Positions 51,049 through 61,619 of a stretch of DNA of 64,000 nt are shown piece by piece. The stretch comes from Nostoc sp. (GTDB taxonomy: Bacteria > Cyanobacteriota > Cyanobacteriia > Cyanobacteriales > Nostocaceae). The notes under the pieces are model-generated. The model was not told the DNA's origin and searched no databases. It worked only from the letters and a program-made list of their open reading frames with translations. The first letter of the stretch is position 1. Each line of letters opens with the position of its first letter. Location: NCBI GenBank assembly GCA_036918135.1, contig JBALDB010000007.1, forward strand, positions 256,001-320,000. Reading direction: 5' to 3'. Made by a program: the position numbers and the translations under genes.

Positions 51049-52548
51049 ATGACTAAATCAAAAGCATTTATTCAACCACTGGATCGGATAGCGATCGCAC
51101 TGATGCTATTACTGAGTGTACTGATTGGGTTGATGATATTGCAAGGTGATATAGTAACAGCTCGCGTCCGAGATTTTACTTGGCAAAATCAACAAATTGG
51201 TGCAGAAGATAACTCCTTCGCCCTCACCTTTAGCCGCCCAATGGACAGCAAAAGCGTAGAGGATAACTTGAAAATTGAGCCGCCTCTAGCAGGTAAATTC
51301 AGTTGGGCAGGGCGGCGAATGGTTTATACATTGCTCACACCAGCACCCTATGGCACAAATTATAAAGTGCAGTTACAGGGAGCCAAAGATAAGTTTGCTG
51401 AGCTTGAAGGCAAAAATCGGACGATCCAGACTTTTGTCGGCAACTTCCGTACACGCGATCGCGTTATTCTTTACATCGGAACCGAGCATGAAGAACAAGG
51501 AAAGTTAATTCTTTACAACTTAACTCAAGAACAAAAAAGGATACTTACCCCCAAAGACTTAATAGTATTAGACTTTGAGTCATTTCCAGATGGGGAGAAA
51601 ATTTTATTCTCGGCTCGCACCAGTAATAACCAAGACTTACTTTCAGCCCAACTGTACACAGTAACAACAGGCGTTTCTAGCAAATCTGGGCAACAAGCAG
51701 AACCAGCAAGCAAAGTAGACCTGATTTTAGATAGTAAAGATTATCAAAACCTGAAATTTGACTTATCACCCGATGGACAAACTATTGTCATTCAACGGGG
51801 AAACAAAGCTAATCCTGGCGACTTTGGACTCTGGTTTATGCCAGCAAGTAATGACGGTTCCGGAGAAAAGCCCACCCCCAAACGTTTAAAAAGCCAACCA
51901 GGGGGTGACTTTATGATTACCCCAGATAGTAAAGCTGTAGCAGTTGCCCAAGGACAGGGAGCAGCAATTTTACCACTCCAAGGAGATGCCAGTAAACCCT
52001 TAGATTTTCTGCCGCAGTTTGGCTTAGTGCAGGCTTTCTCCAAAGATGGTTCTCAAGCCGCAATGGTAAAATTTAATACAGATTACACGCGAGATTTGTT
52101 TTTAGTTACAAACCAAGGTGTGCAGAAACAACTAGTAAAAACAACAGGCTCAATTGTCAGCTGTCAATTTGATACCGCCTCACCCACCCTTTATTGCTTG
52201 CTAACACAGTTAGTATCTAAAGAACAATACATAGAACAACCTTATGTAGTGGCAATTGACCTAAAAACCGGGCAACAAAAACCACTGTTATTACTGCCTG
52301 TCGATCAGCGAAACGTGCAAATGAGTTTATCTGCTGACGGTTTAGGCTTGTTATTTGACCAAATAGTACCGCAGAAAAACCCACCTACAACATTACCTAC
52401 AAACACTTTGAAAACTGATGATGGAGATACCATTGCAACCAGTAGCTTATGGTTAATGCCTCTATTGCCGATCGCCGACGCTGCAACTGTCGAAATTAAA
52501 CCAGAACAACTCCCCTTAGCTGGATTTCATCCCCGTTGGCTACCTTGA
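51049..52548 (+). CDS. Ig-like (SbsA/Big_5) domain protein with TolB-like propeller
   Basis: N-terminal TM; LTFSRPMD..PPLAGKFSW; repeated SPDG/FSKDG. Confidence 0.75.
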   Translation: MTKSKAFIQPLDRIAIALMLLLSVLIGLMILQGDIVTARVRDFTWQNQQIGAEDNSFALTFSRPMDSKSVEDNLKIEPPLAGKFSWAGRRMVYTLLTPAPYGTNYKVQLQGAKDKFAELEGKNRTIQTFVGNFRTRDRVILYIGTEHEEQGKLILYNLTQEQKRILTPKDLIVLDFESFPDGEKILFSARTSNNQDLLSAQLYTVTTGVSSKSGQQAEPASKVDLILDSKDYQNLKFDLSPDGQTIVIQRGNKANPGDFGLWFMPASNDGSGEKPTPKRLKSQPGGDFMITPDSKAVAVAQGQGAAILPLQGDASKPLDFLPQFGLVQAFSKDGSQAAMVKFNTDYTRDLFLVTNQGVQKQLVKTTGSIVSCQFDTASPTLYCLLTQLVSKEQYIEQPYVVAIDLKTGQQKPLLLLPVDQRNVQMSLSADGLGLLFDQIVPQKNPPTTLPTNTLKTDDGDTIATSSLWLMPLLPIADAATVEIKPEQLPLAGFHPRWLP

Positions 52549-52584
52549 GAATTCGTAATACTGGCCTTTGGCGAGTATTACGAA

Positions 52585-53382
52585 TTACGAATTAATAATT
52601 ATTTGTTGGTAATTTGTCCAAGCTTCCCAAAAAATATAAATTGATAGTATTCCTAAGAAGATACGCAGGACTAAACTTACAGTAAAATCTGGTAGTTTTG
52701 GCAGAGTGCGAGTACTCATCTGAACGCCTACAAGACCTCCAAATCCCAAAATTATACCCTGAATAAATAGAATATTTCCCTCTAATGTATGTCCTGTACA
52801 AGCAGCTAAAGCAGTGATTACAATCACGCCTAAACTAGTCTGAATTGCTACTTTAATTTCTTCTCCTAATAGCAAAATTTGCAGTGGTACCATAATCGTA
52901 CCGCCACCTAAGCCAAATAAACCTGCTAAAATTCCTGCTGCTCCTCCAGTGCCAATTTTAGAAAGTAATGGGTTAAATATTGGTGCGGTATCCTCTTTTT
53001 CTTTCAAGGATAGTTGTTTGCGAAGGTCTATTAAATAAATATTAGCAAGTAATATGATACCAAATGTATAAAGTATTATATATGATGGAATTTTATTAGC
53101 GAAATATACACCTATTCCAGTAGTTAAAAAAGCTGGAATTCCTAAATAAAATACTCGTTTAAAGTCAAAATAGCCCATCCACCAATTCTGTATACTTCCA
53201 GAAATTGAAGTAATTACAATAGCAAGGCTACTAGTAGCGATCGCCTGAACGGGAGTATAACCTAGCGTGACTAAAAGAGGAATCGTAATAATACCCCCAC
53301 CTATTCCTAAAAGTCCAGCTATCACTCCAGATATTAAACCCCCAGCGATTAAAATCAACCAACTAAAATCATTCATAAACAA
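52585..53382 (-). CDS. TauE/SafE family sulfite exporter
   Basis: GLLGIGGG and GLFGLGGG duplicated motifs; AIATSS and AIQTSL. Confidence 0.9.
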   Translation of the reverse strand: MFMNDFSWLILIAGGLISGVIAGLLGIGGGIITIPLLVTLGYTPVQAIATSSLAIVITSISGSIQNWWMGYFDFKRVFYLGIPAFLTTGIGVYFANKIPSYIILYTFGIILLANIYLIDLRKQLSLKEKEDTAPIFNPLLSKIGTGGAAGILAGLFGLGGGTIMVPLQILLLGEEIKVAIQTSLGVIVITALAACTGHTLEGNILFIQGIILGFGGLVGVQMSTRTLPKLPDFTVSLVLRIFLGILSIYIFWEAWTNYQQIIINS

Positions 53383-53454
53383 TTCTTTCTCTACAAAACT
53401 GATAGTTCCGAGGGGGAGTTAGGAATTCTTCCCTCTACCCCCCACTTCTCATAC

Positions 53455-54726
53455 TCACCCTACTCTCACCGGATGACTAACAACGCCTCCATAGAGCAAT
53501 CCAGTATCATTCCACGGAACTGTACTCGGTTGTGTGTTACCTAAATTGTCTGTAGCACGAGCTTGCAGAAAATATTCCCCAGGAAGTGGGTTCCATTCGA
53601 TATCCCAACGTACCCATGCAAATGGAAAGTTTGGTTCTCTCAGTCGTGCAAATTGCCAACTTCTACCACCATCTAGGCTAACTTCCACACGTACAATTTT
53701 TCCTTTGCCAGACCAAGAACGCCCACGCAGTAAGTAACTTCCCGGAGAAAGTCTGGCTGGCCAAGCCAATTCAAAGGCGCTCTTCACATTTTGGTACGTA
53801 ATTAGTTTACCTTTATACGGTGCAATCGCTGGGTAGTCTGCACCAATCAGCACCATTTGCTCCGTCACCCACGGAGTGTATATCGGCGTTTCGGAAACTT
53901 CAATCCGCTCGATCCATTTAACGTTAGCGTTTCCTCCCCAACCAGGAAATAAGACACGGCATGGCCGACCGTGATCTGGAGGTAATGGTTCTCCATTCAT
54001 TGCATAGACGACGAGCGAGTTATCTGCTAATGCCTTGGTAATCGGAACTACACTGCTAAACTTGGACTTTTTAGTTCCCTTTGAATCCAGCGAATCCAAA
54101 TCTGCACCCTGAACGAGTACATCTTTTGCTGTAGATTTCAGCCCAGCTCGCTCTAATAATAATCCAAGTGGCACACCAGTCCACTCAGCTACACCAATAG
54201 CCCCAAGCCTCCACCGCGTTCCAGAAAGTGGTGTATTGTAAGCTTCTTCAAAAAAGCGCCGACCGTTGGCAGCACATTCAATAGCACAAGTGACCGAAAT
54301 CGATGGCATCGCAATGATTTCATCGTAAGTGAACTCACAAGGGGTAGAAACGCCAGTTCCGTGAATCTGCAAACGCCATGTAGATGGGTCAAAGGGAGGA
54401 GGGGTACTGCGGTTGTGAACATAAAACCAATCGTTTGGTACTATATAGCCACGCCCATACATTGCTTCCCAGTTCATCTCTAATGTGCCTTTGCTATGAG
54501 AGATATACCCTGGTGGCAATGGCTTAAGTATTTTACTTTCTTTGGTTTTAACACCTGCCTGACTATAAGCAGGTGCAGGTTTAGCCAACCCCCCAATGGC
54601 TGTTGCACCAACCATAGTGGCTAGTATTTGCAAAAAACGCTGGCGCGAAATACCTGCATCTGTGCTTTTTTGCCAAATGTACTCTTCAATCCGTGCTTTA
54701 AGATAATCCTCCTTGTCATTTGTCAT
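53455..54726 (-). CDS. sulfite oxidase-family molybdoenzyme
   Basis: FYVHN, IECAANGR (Mo-Cys), MNGEPLPPDHG.P.R, VKW; Tat-like SRQRFLQ leader. Confidence 0.88.
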   Translation of the reverse strand: MTNDKEDYLKARIEEYIWQKSTDAGISRQRFLQILATMVGATAIGGLAKPAPAYSQAGVKTKESKILKPLPPGYISHSKGTLEMNWEAMYGRGYIVPNDWFYVHNRSTPPPFDPSTWRLQIHGTGVSTPCEFTYDEIIAMPSISVTCAIECAANGRRFFEEAYNTPLSGTRWRLGAIGVAEWTGVPLGLLLERAGLKSTAKDVLVQGADLDSLDSKGTKKSKFSSVVPITKALADNSLVVYAMNGEPLPPDHGRPCRVLFPGWGGNANVKWIERIEVSETPIYTPWVTEQMVLIGADYPAIAPYKGKLITYQNVKSAFELAWPARLSPGSYLLRGRSWSGKGKIVRVEVSLDGGRSWQFARLREPNFPFAWVRWDIEWNPLPGEYFLQARATDNLGNTQPSTVPWNDTGLLYGGVVSHPVRVG

Positions 54727-54871
54727 TTGTTATTTGTCCTTTGTCATTTGTTATTTGTTATAGCCGTAGTCACACCGTTTAGGACATAATGACTAAGCGT
54801 GAATGCTAGTAACAGTAATAGTTTTACCTCCTGCCTCCTGCTATAACAGTCAACTGTCAACAATCAACAGA

Positions 54872-56326
54872 CTATCTGTCTATCACTGTCCAAACACCAG
54901 TAATTTCGTCTTGTGTGTAGTAAGGCAAATAGTAATCAAATCCGTTTTTAGCTATTTGAGCGATCGCATCAATAAAACGATCGCAATCTTGCAATTTATT
55001 ATATACAGCAAAGCTGGCTCGGATAATACAAGGAATGTTGCGCGTAATTCCTTTTTCTACTTCCTTGGCAATCTCCAAGTCTTGCTCTTCTGAAATATTC
55101 TTCAGTTTACGAATGTATTCGTATGTGCAGAAAGCTCCAGCCCGAACCCCAATACCGTATTCTTGTGCCAGAATCTCTGCTACTAAACGTCCGTCAAACC
55201 CATCAATATCAAAGGGAATAACATGGGCTAAATTATCTCCTGGAATATGTACTTTCACACCAGGAATACTTTGAAGTCGTGTATATGTAAATTCAACTAG
55301 AGAGTGCTCGTACTGAGCAATGCGCTCGCGTCCCAGTGCTTCAATAATTTGAATCGCTTTAGCAATGGCGATCGCACCCATTGCATTTGGTGTTCCAGGA
55401 TCGTGCGCCCGTTCTGTGTAAAAACGCTTGATTTCTAAATTTCTGGTGATATAAGGCAGGTTTCCACCGCCGATTTGATAAGGGTAAGAGCTATCAAAAA
55501 ATTCCTTAGGCCCCAGTAAAACCCCGGTTCCATAAGGTGCATACATTTTGTGTCCAGAGAAAGCTACAAAATCTAAATGACATGGGTCATCATCTGGACG
55601 CATATCTACTCGTTCGTGCTGAATTAATTGACACACGTCAGCAAACATCTTTGCACCATACCGATGTGCTAAAGCTGCGATTTCGTAAATCGGAGGTCTA
55701 TAGCCTGTAATTGTTGAGGCACCTGTAATAGTAACTAACTTGATTTGCTCAGCTTTCGGGCGATTTTGGTGTGCCTTGAAGATATTTTCAATTTCAGTCA
55801 GACTGACACTTCCATCTGGCTGGGTTCTGTATTGCACAACTTCGTCTCTAGTTACCCAAGGCAACAAGTTTGATGAATGTTCAATATCAGAGACTAAGAT
55901 TTTTCCAGGTATTTTTGCCCAAAGTGTAGCGGCTCCATTAATTGCTTCTGTTGTATTTTTCCCAAAGATTACATAGTTCTGTGAAGATGACCCCACAAAG
56001 TCCCGAATGATGTTCCGACTAGCGTCATATTCTCGTGTAGTGATGATGGATTTGTGCCCAGAACCTCGATGCACGCTGCCATAAGTGTCAAGCATTTCAT
56101 CTATATACTGCTTGAGAGTTGCAAAGGGAGTGGTTGTTGCTCCATTATCCAGGTTCACGTACTTAATATAGTTTCCATTCAAGGTTTTCACCCTGAAAGA
56201 TAGAGACTCATCTGTGAATAAGGGTCTAATTTCTTTGTTCCAAAAACTATCAAAATTTTCTTGAAATAGCGATAAATGAGCAGTTACTTGATTGTTCTTT
56301 GCATTGAACGTAAATATATCAGTCAT
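54872..56326 (-). CDS. class V aminotransferase / cysteine desulfurase-like
   Basis: LDNGATT, SVHRGSG, NTTEAIN, EHSSNLLPW, SGHKMYAP, RAGAFC. Confidence 0.88.
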   Translation of the reverse strand: MTDIFTFNAKNNQVTAHLSLFQENFDSFWNKEIRPLFTDESLSFRVKTLNGNYIKYVNLDNGATTTPFATLKQYIDEMLDTYGSVHRGSGHKSIITTREYDASRNIIRDFVGSSSQNYVIFGKNTTEAINGAATLWAKIPGKILVSDIEHSSNLLPWVTRDEVVQYRTQPDGSVSLTEIENIFKAHQNRPKAEQIKLVTITGASTITGYRPPIYEIAALAHRYGAKMFADVCQLIQHERVDMRPDDDPCHLDFVAFSGHKMYAPYGTGVLLGPKEFFDSSYPYQIGGGNLPYITRNLEIKRFYTERAHDPGTPNAMGAIAIAKAIQIIEALGRERIAQYEHSLVEFTYTRLQSIPGVKVHIPGDNLAHVIPFDIDGFDGRLVAEILAQEYGIGVRAGAFCTYEYIRKLKNISEEQDLEIAKEVEKGITRNIPCIIRASFAVYNKLQDCDRFIDAIAQIAKNGFDYYLPYYTQDEITGVWTVIDR

Positions 56327-56863
56327 TTTTCACACCCCTATTTTAAATTTTTTATTTTTGGATAAGCCTAATATCACAAAGGTTTCTCCTGCAAACTCAT
56401 CAGATTGCATCCAGGAATTTTAGTGTTTTAAATTACTTAATTGCTCAGAGAAATACTAGTGATTCCAACTATTGTTTAATAAATAATTAAAAAACGTAAC
56501 CAGTATTTATACTTATTTAAATACTAATTTTATTTCTTTTTTATACATTGTAATAAATGTAGTTTTGTATTTAAGTATACTTGATTTAATTTTTCTATAG
56601 TTATTAAATAAACTTCACAAATTGAAACCAAACTGATACGAAAATCTTCTTACCAACTAAACCTAAAATTCTTACCAGGAATATGTTTCTCGTTAAAAAA
56701 CCTGCTACTAAATTGAGATTGTCCTTCAAAAAAGTTTTATATTCATACTTAGTTTTTTTAGTACTCAATTAGACTTAATTATTTCAGTATTTATACTTTA
56801 ATGTTATAATTTCATAACATAATTGTTTTTATAGAAACTCTTAGTTGTTTACTCCATCCAATA

Positions 56864-56889
56864 GCGATGCCTACGGCGGCAAGCTACAC
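56864..56889 (+). repeat. SDR5-like element in a degenerate HIP1
   Basis: GCGAT|gcctacggcggcaagcta|CAC, GC-rich in an AT-rich intergenic region. Confidence 0.6.
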
Positions 56890-57338
56890 CGAGAATTAAA
56901 AAATTAAATTGAATAGTAGATGTTTATATAGGCATCTGTCTTAGGTAAAAAATAAATCAATACAAAACTATATCTTAAAACATATTTAAATATATATCTT
57001 CAGATAGATGTAATTAAAAAAGTAGAATTATACGTTTACCAAGGTTTCCAGCATGAAAAACTAAATCAAGCAATAGAATTTAGTTTTGAAGTATAGGCTT
57101 TGGCGTTTTTCCCTCATGTTTCCCACTTCCCAACCTCTACTCTTCTTGACGGGAAAGAGGCTCATAGTGTTATAACGGCATCAGTCTAGATACAAAATGA
57201 GTAATAACCGATTGATAACTAATTACTCGTGCTTAGAGAGAGTTAAACTTAGCTTCTAGAGCAAACCGCGATCGACTGTGTTCGGTCGGCAATGCTAACA
57301 CCAGCAGTGCTGAATATTTTTAAGCGGGTGGGTCAAGA

Positions 57339-58817
57339 GTGATGAATCAAGCTGACACCTCAAACAAGGGGGCTGTGATGGAATCTCTAAATTCTGCTAG
57401 TTCGCCACAATCAAAGCAGGCGAATTGTCCCTTTTACTCAGTTATGCCTAATGACGATATGGCAATTTCAAAACTGCCACTACTCATGCCGGCTGAAGAT
57501 ACACAATTTTCAGAAGATAGTACCCAGCAAGACTGGGTTGCAGAGCCTGAAAGCGGCAAACAAGCACTTCTTGACTCAGAATTTCAGAAGCTGCTGGCAT
57601 TGAATGAAGAATTGGGTGCAGCTAATAATAACCTGTATGAACAAGTAGAGCAGCTAAAAGACAATCTAGCTGAGTCTGAAAAAGTTTTGCAGTGGCAGAA
57701 AACGCGTTCTAGCGTTACTGAGTCGATGCTCAACCAACAAACTCAGGAACTAGCCGCTGCTCAAGAACAGATTAAGTCGCTATTTCAACAATTAGAAACT
57801 GCTGTACAAACTGTTCAACGCCAAGAAGTTTTCATTGAAACCCATAAAGCACAGCTACAAATTAGCCAACAACGCCTCGCCCAGCTAGAACGGGAATGTA
57901 CGTTGCTACACACAACTAATAATGAAAAGTCTCAAAAGTTATTGCAATCAGAAAATGCTTGTCGGGAATTACGTACTAGACTCATGCGCCAACAACGCCA
58001 GACCTTGCAATTTAAAGCGGCTCTGGAGAAATGTCTAGACACACCTGTTCCTGGTTATGACTCTCTAGATGATACTGCAAAACATCCCAAAGACATCACT
58101 TCCACACAAGGAAGATTTTCTCGAAAAGCTCGGTCTTTGTTTCCTAATGCACAGCCAATTAAACCTTGGTCAGCAGAGCCAGAATCCTTGAGTGATAATC
58201 TAGATAATTCTTGGGGAGAACCGTCACCACCACTTCCATTTCAAAGAAATCAACCCACGCCGACTTCCTCATCTTCTTGGAATAGGTCAGTTAAAGAAGA
58301 CACGCCAACACCAGCGCAACCTCTTTCCTCACCTGAAATTGATGATTCCGCAGATGCAGCAGAAACTGTTTCACCTTTAGAGTCACCAAACTTAGATCAG
58401 CAATTAGATAGTCTCATCCAAATGTTTTTCACCTCCCAGCCTGCATCTGCATCACCAGCAGTTGCGGCAAAAATAGATGTGGATAGTAATGTAGGTGATG
58501 CGCCTGTCTGGGAAACTTTAGCAACAGTTCTAGAGAATGAAGAGGAAGTAGAAAATCCACAACAGCAGTTGGAGGTAGAAATTAACCCCCCTACAACTAC
58601 CTCCACCGCATCTGGCACCAAGATATTTGTTGAAGAAACTGAAGACTATTGGTCAGAAGTTCCACAATTAACACAGTTGGATTTGTCTGCATCATTAGGT
58701 GATAATGCCGATGATGCCAATTCACCCTCACCCGTGGTTTATCCCCAGCGTCCGCCCAAAGGACGTAAGTCATTAGCATCTGTGGAACTGCCGAATTTTC
58801 GCCCCAAGGAGAAATAG
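57339..58817 (+). CDS. coiled-coil hypothetical protein with disordered C-terminus
   Basis: Long heptad region ending RQTLQFKAALEKCL; conserved-looking tail SPSPVVYP..SLASVELPNF. Confidence 0.8.
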   Translation: MMNQADTSNKGAVMESLNSASSPQSKQANCPFYSVMPNDDMAISKLPLLMPAEDTQFSEDSTQQDWVAEPESGKQALLDSEFQKLLALNEELGAANNNLYEQVEQLKDNLAESEKVLQWQKTRSSVTESMLNQQTQELAAAQEQIKSLFQQLETAVQTVQRQEVFIETHKAQLQISQQRLAQLERECTLLHTTNNEKSQKLLQSENACRELRTRLMRQQRQTLQFKAALEKCLDTPVPGYDSLDDTAKHPKDITSTQGRFSRKARSLFPNAQPIKPWSAEPESLSDNLDNSWGEPSPPLPFQRNQPTPTSSSSWNRSVKEDTPTPAQPLSSPEIDDSADAAETVSPLESPNLDQQLDSLIQMFFTSQPASASPAVAAKIDVDSNVGDAPVWETLATVLENEEEVENPQQQLEVEINPPTTTSTASGTKIFVEETEDYWSEVPQLTQLDLSASLGDNADDANSPSPVVYPQRPPKGRKSLASVELPNFRPKEK

Positions 58818-58845
58818 TTAGTTGTCATTAGTCATTTGTCAGTTG

Positions 58846-58898
58846 TCCTCTTTTACAAAGTTCTGATCCAAGGAAGCCTTGGCTCAGACTTTGCACTT
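58846..58898. repeat. ~50-bp hairpin element inserted in an STRR array (copy 2)
   Basis: caaagttctg-at-ccaagg-aag-ccttgg-ct-cagactttg. Confidence 0.75.
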
Positions 58899-58942
58899 TG
58901 TCATTTGTTAGTTGTTATTAAGCAATGACCAATGACTAATGA

Positions 58943-61054
58943 CTAATGACTAAATTTCTGAATTATGGCTTCTGAGTTAGTTTTTGCTACTTGAGTAGCC
59001 GATCGCGGTTTGCCTGTGGCGATCGCATAATTAATTACTAACAGCCGTAACCACAATCCCGGATTTCGGGGTTCTAGCCAAGAACCTACCCCGCTCAAAA
59101 ACTGCGGGAACCACGGACTCAGTAAAGCACTAACCAAGGCATGACGAGAAAAGTTAAAATAACTGCCCAGCCATCGGCCTAAATCCTTAGGCCCAGCAAG
59201 TTCCCAAATCCATAAAAGCAAGGCTGGATTTTTCTTTGCTGCTTTGAGTGCTAGGCGGTTAAAGGTTAACCAATCAAATCTGTCTTTAATGAAGTTATCT
59301 GCCACCTGTTGAGGTTCGTCTGCTAACAGTCCAAAGAAGGTATTGAGCATGGCATTTACCCGCTGTGGTGGTAAAAATTTCCCTGTAGGTACCATCATGC
59401 CTTTGGAAAATAGCCATGTGACTGAAACGTTACTTTGGTAAGCACGAATTTGGTTTAAGTGTGCCAAACTCAATAAGTCATGCTTGAGAGCAGTATCTAA
59501 TAGCGTTGTTAAGCGCTCTAAGTTACGAACCAGCGAACCAAAACCTGTGAAAACCAAAGGAGATTGGAGTGATGCAGCATCACCGATCGCAATCAAGCGA
59601 TCGAAGGCTACTGTGCGATCGCTACTCCCGACACTAAAATGCCCCGGTATATACCCAAATGTCGGCTTTTTCCAGACCAATTTATCCATATCGCATCTGC
59701 GATACTCTGGCAAAATTGTGAAAAAGTCCTCGTACATCTCCAGCAAGGAACCGGGATTTTCAGTATTGACTTGGTGGTAATGAAATAAGTAAATCGTCAG
59801 CTCCTCATCTGCGCCGGGAAACAATTCCCAAATTAGCTGTCTGCCGCGCGAAATATCCCCATGACTGTTTAGGACATCTCCATATTCACAATCCCATACC
59901 TGTGGTTCAAATCCGCTTTCAATTGCCGCTCCCACAGTCGGACACACGCTGTCAAAGGCACGATCGCTATTCAATTGCCAAGCAATGGGGGACGCTGTTC
60001 CCATCGCATCTACTAGTAGCCGCCCACCTACTTGTTTTTCAATTTCACTAGGTAAATGCTTGACTTTTATTACTACTTGTGATTCATTAATATCTGCACG
60101 GATAAACTCTGTTTCATCCCAAATTTCTCCGCCTGCGGCTTGCAGCTTTTGCCCACATAGTTGCAGCAACCTTTCGGAATCTAAGCCTAAATTTAGGACT
60201 GTGGGTGTATGCAGCACTGGCGATCGCAGTTTACTTGGATTATTGCCATCAAAAAACTTATTAAATCCATCTTTGTATTCTCTAGCAATGATGGTTTCTA
60301 ACTCTGCGGGGGTGATTAAATCCAAGTTAAGCAAACTTTGAATTTCATCGCGGGAAATATTCCATTCTCGATTCATTCGCCCAAAGGGCATTCGTTCCAC
60401 CAGCAAGATTTTATATCCAAGTTTTGCCATTACTGCTGCATGGATGACACCCAGTGCGCCACCGATGTAAATCAGGTCGTATTGAGGATTAGGTATTGGA
60501 GATTGGCTATTGGGATTTCCTCCTCCCCAGTTCCCAGTATTAGAAAACACCACCTGTCGCGGCTGCTGTGGATTCTGTACCCCTTCGCGCCATCGCTGTT
60601 CCCACCAGTAGGCACGCTTGAGGTCATATTCACCGTTGGGCATTTTCTGAAAATATTTGACGGTGAGAGGGTAGTAAGGGGCAAGGGCTACAAAAATCGA
60701 TTGCTGAGATAAATCAATAGCTGGCGGTTGGGGGTAATGATGCCCAAAACGGCTTCTGATTTCTTTTTTCAGGTGTTGCAGGATTTCTTTCTCTTGGGGG
60801 AAGGGTTGTTGTGCCCAACGAAACACTTTTAAATAGGTAGTTCGTTGCACTGACCATACAAATACAGAAAGTTCTGTAGGCAAGTTTTCGGAAATTGCGT
60901 CACCAACAGTTGTAGTAGCGGTAGTGATTTTGAGACGGAAGCCTTCTGAAGTCAGCACTTTTTCCCCATGTCTTGGTTGAAAATCTGTTTGCAACCAGTT
61001 ACGCACAGCAGCGATATCCGCAGTTGGAACTTCTAAATAAAGGATTTCTTTCAT
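58943..61054 (-). CDS. cruA: CruA-type lycopene cyclase (flavoprotein)
   Basis: MKEILYLEVPT N-terminus, YIGGALG FAD motif, REWNISR, GDAASLQSPLVFTGFG; about 700 aa. Confidence 0.8.
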   Translation of the reverse strand: MKEILYLEVPTADIAAVRNWLQTDFQPRHGEKVLTSEGFRLKITTATTTVGDAISENLPTELSVFVWSVQRTTYLKVFRWAQQPFPQEKEILQHLKKEIRSRFGHHYPQPPAIDLSQQSIFVALAPYYPLTVKYFQKMPNGEYDLKRAYWWEQRWREGVQNPQQPRQVVFSNTGNWGGGNPNSQSPIPNPQYDLIYIGGALGVIHAAVMAKLGYKILLVERMPFGRMNREWNISRDEIQSLLNLDLITPAELETIIAREYKDGFNKFFDGNNPSKLRSPVLHTPTVLNLGLDSERLLQLCGQKLQAAGGEIWDETEFIRADINESQVVIKVKHLPSEIEKQVGGRLLVDAMGTASPIAWQLNSDRAFDSVCPTVGAAIESGFEPQVWDCEYGDVLNSHGDISRGRQLIWELFPGADEELTIYLFHYHQVNTENPGSLLEMYEDFFTILPEYRRCDMDKLVWKKPTFGYIPGHFSVGSSDRTVAFDRLIAIGDAASLQSPLVFTGFGSLVRNLERLTTLLDTALKHDLLSLAHLNQIRAYQSNVSVTWLFSKGMMVPTGKFLPPQRVNAMLNTFFGLLADEPQQVADNFIKDRFDWLTFNRLALKAAKKNPALLLWIWELAGPKDLGRWLGSYFNFSRHALVSALLSPWFPQFLSGVGSWLEPRNPGLWLRLLVINYAIATGKPRSATQVAKTNSEAIIQKFSH

Positions 61055-61214
61055 CTTTTCCTGACATCTCTAAACAATCTATTCACAAAGACAGATTTTA
61101 TGAAGGCACATAATAGGGTAAACTCCGCCCTATTAGTTACGTAAAGATTCAGTGAAGAAATTTTAAGATTTTGTCAAATTTATTGTTCATTTTGTAAAAG
61201 TGTAAACCCACGCC

Positions 61215-61448
61215 ATGAATTATCCCATTCCAGACAGTCCCCAGGAAATTGTAGCTCTACGACAACAGCCGATTGATGAAGAATTAGTTGCCAGTGCGAT
61301 CGCTGGAGTTATTAAAATTGTCCGCGCTCAGGGTCAATCTTTGGAAGAATTAACTGCTCAGCTGCTAGCGGAAGATCCACTGCTAGACCAGCAACAACGT
61401 CGGTGGTTGAGCCAATTAGTTGCCCAAGCTTGGGAAAAGTTCTCGTAG
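61215..61448 (+). CDS. small conserved cyanobacterial hypothetical protein
   Basis: AIAGVIKIVRAQGQSLEELTAQLLAED helical motif. Confidence 0.75.
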   Translation: MNYPIPDSPQEIVALRQQPIDEELVASAIAGVIKIVRAQGQSLEELTAQLLAEDPLLDQQQRRWLSQLVAQAWEKFS

Positions 61449-61619
61449 AATGAATGCGATCCGCAATTGTGCATTTAAATATTGGAATATTGGCAATACC
61501 TGCGGTGGTCACTGAGCTTCTCGCTCTGAGCGACACGAAGGGTGTCAAAGTGCGGGCTGCGCCTGAGCATTTTCCCCAAATGAGAATGATTATTTTTATG
61601 AAATAGATGATTGGGCTGC

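Noticed and set aside
56327..57338. Possible ncRNA or riboswitch in the 1-kb intergenic region
   Set aside because: No recognisable conserved structure by eye; an Rfam search would be needed.
61580..61594. Zur/Fur-box-like TGAGAATGATTATTT
   Set aside because: Three mismatches to the palindrome and located between convergent genes.
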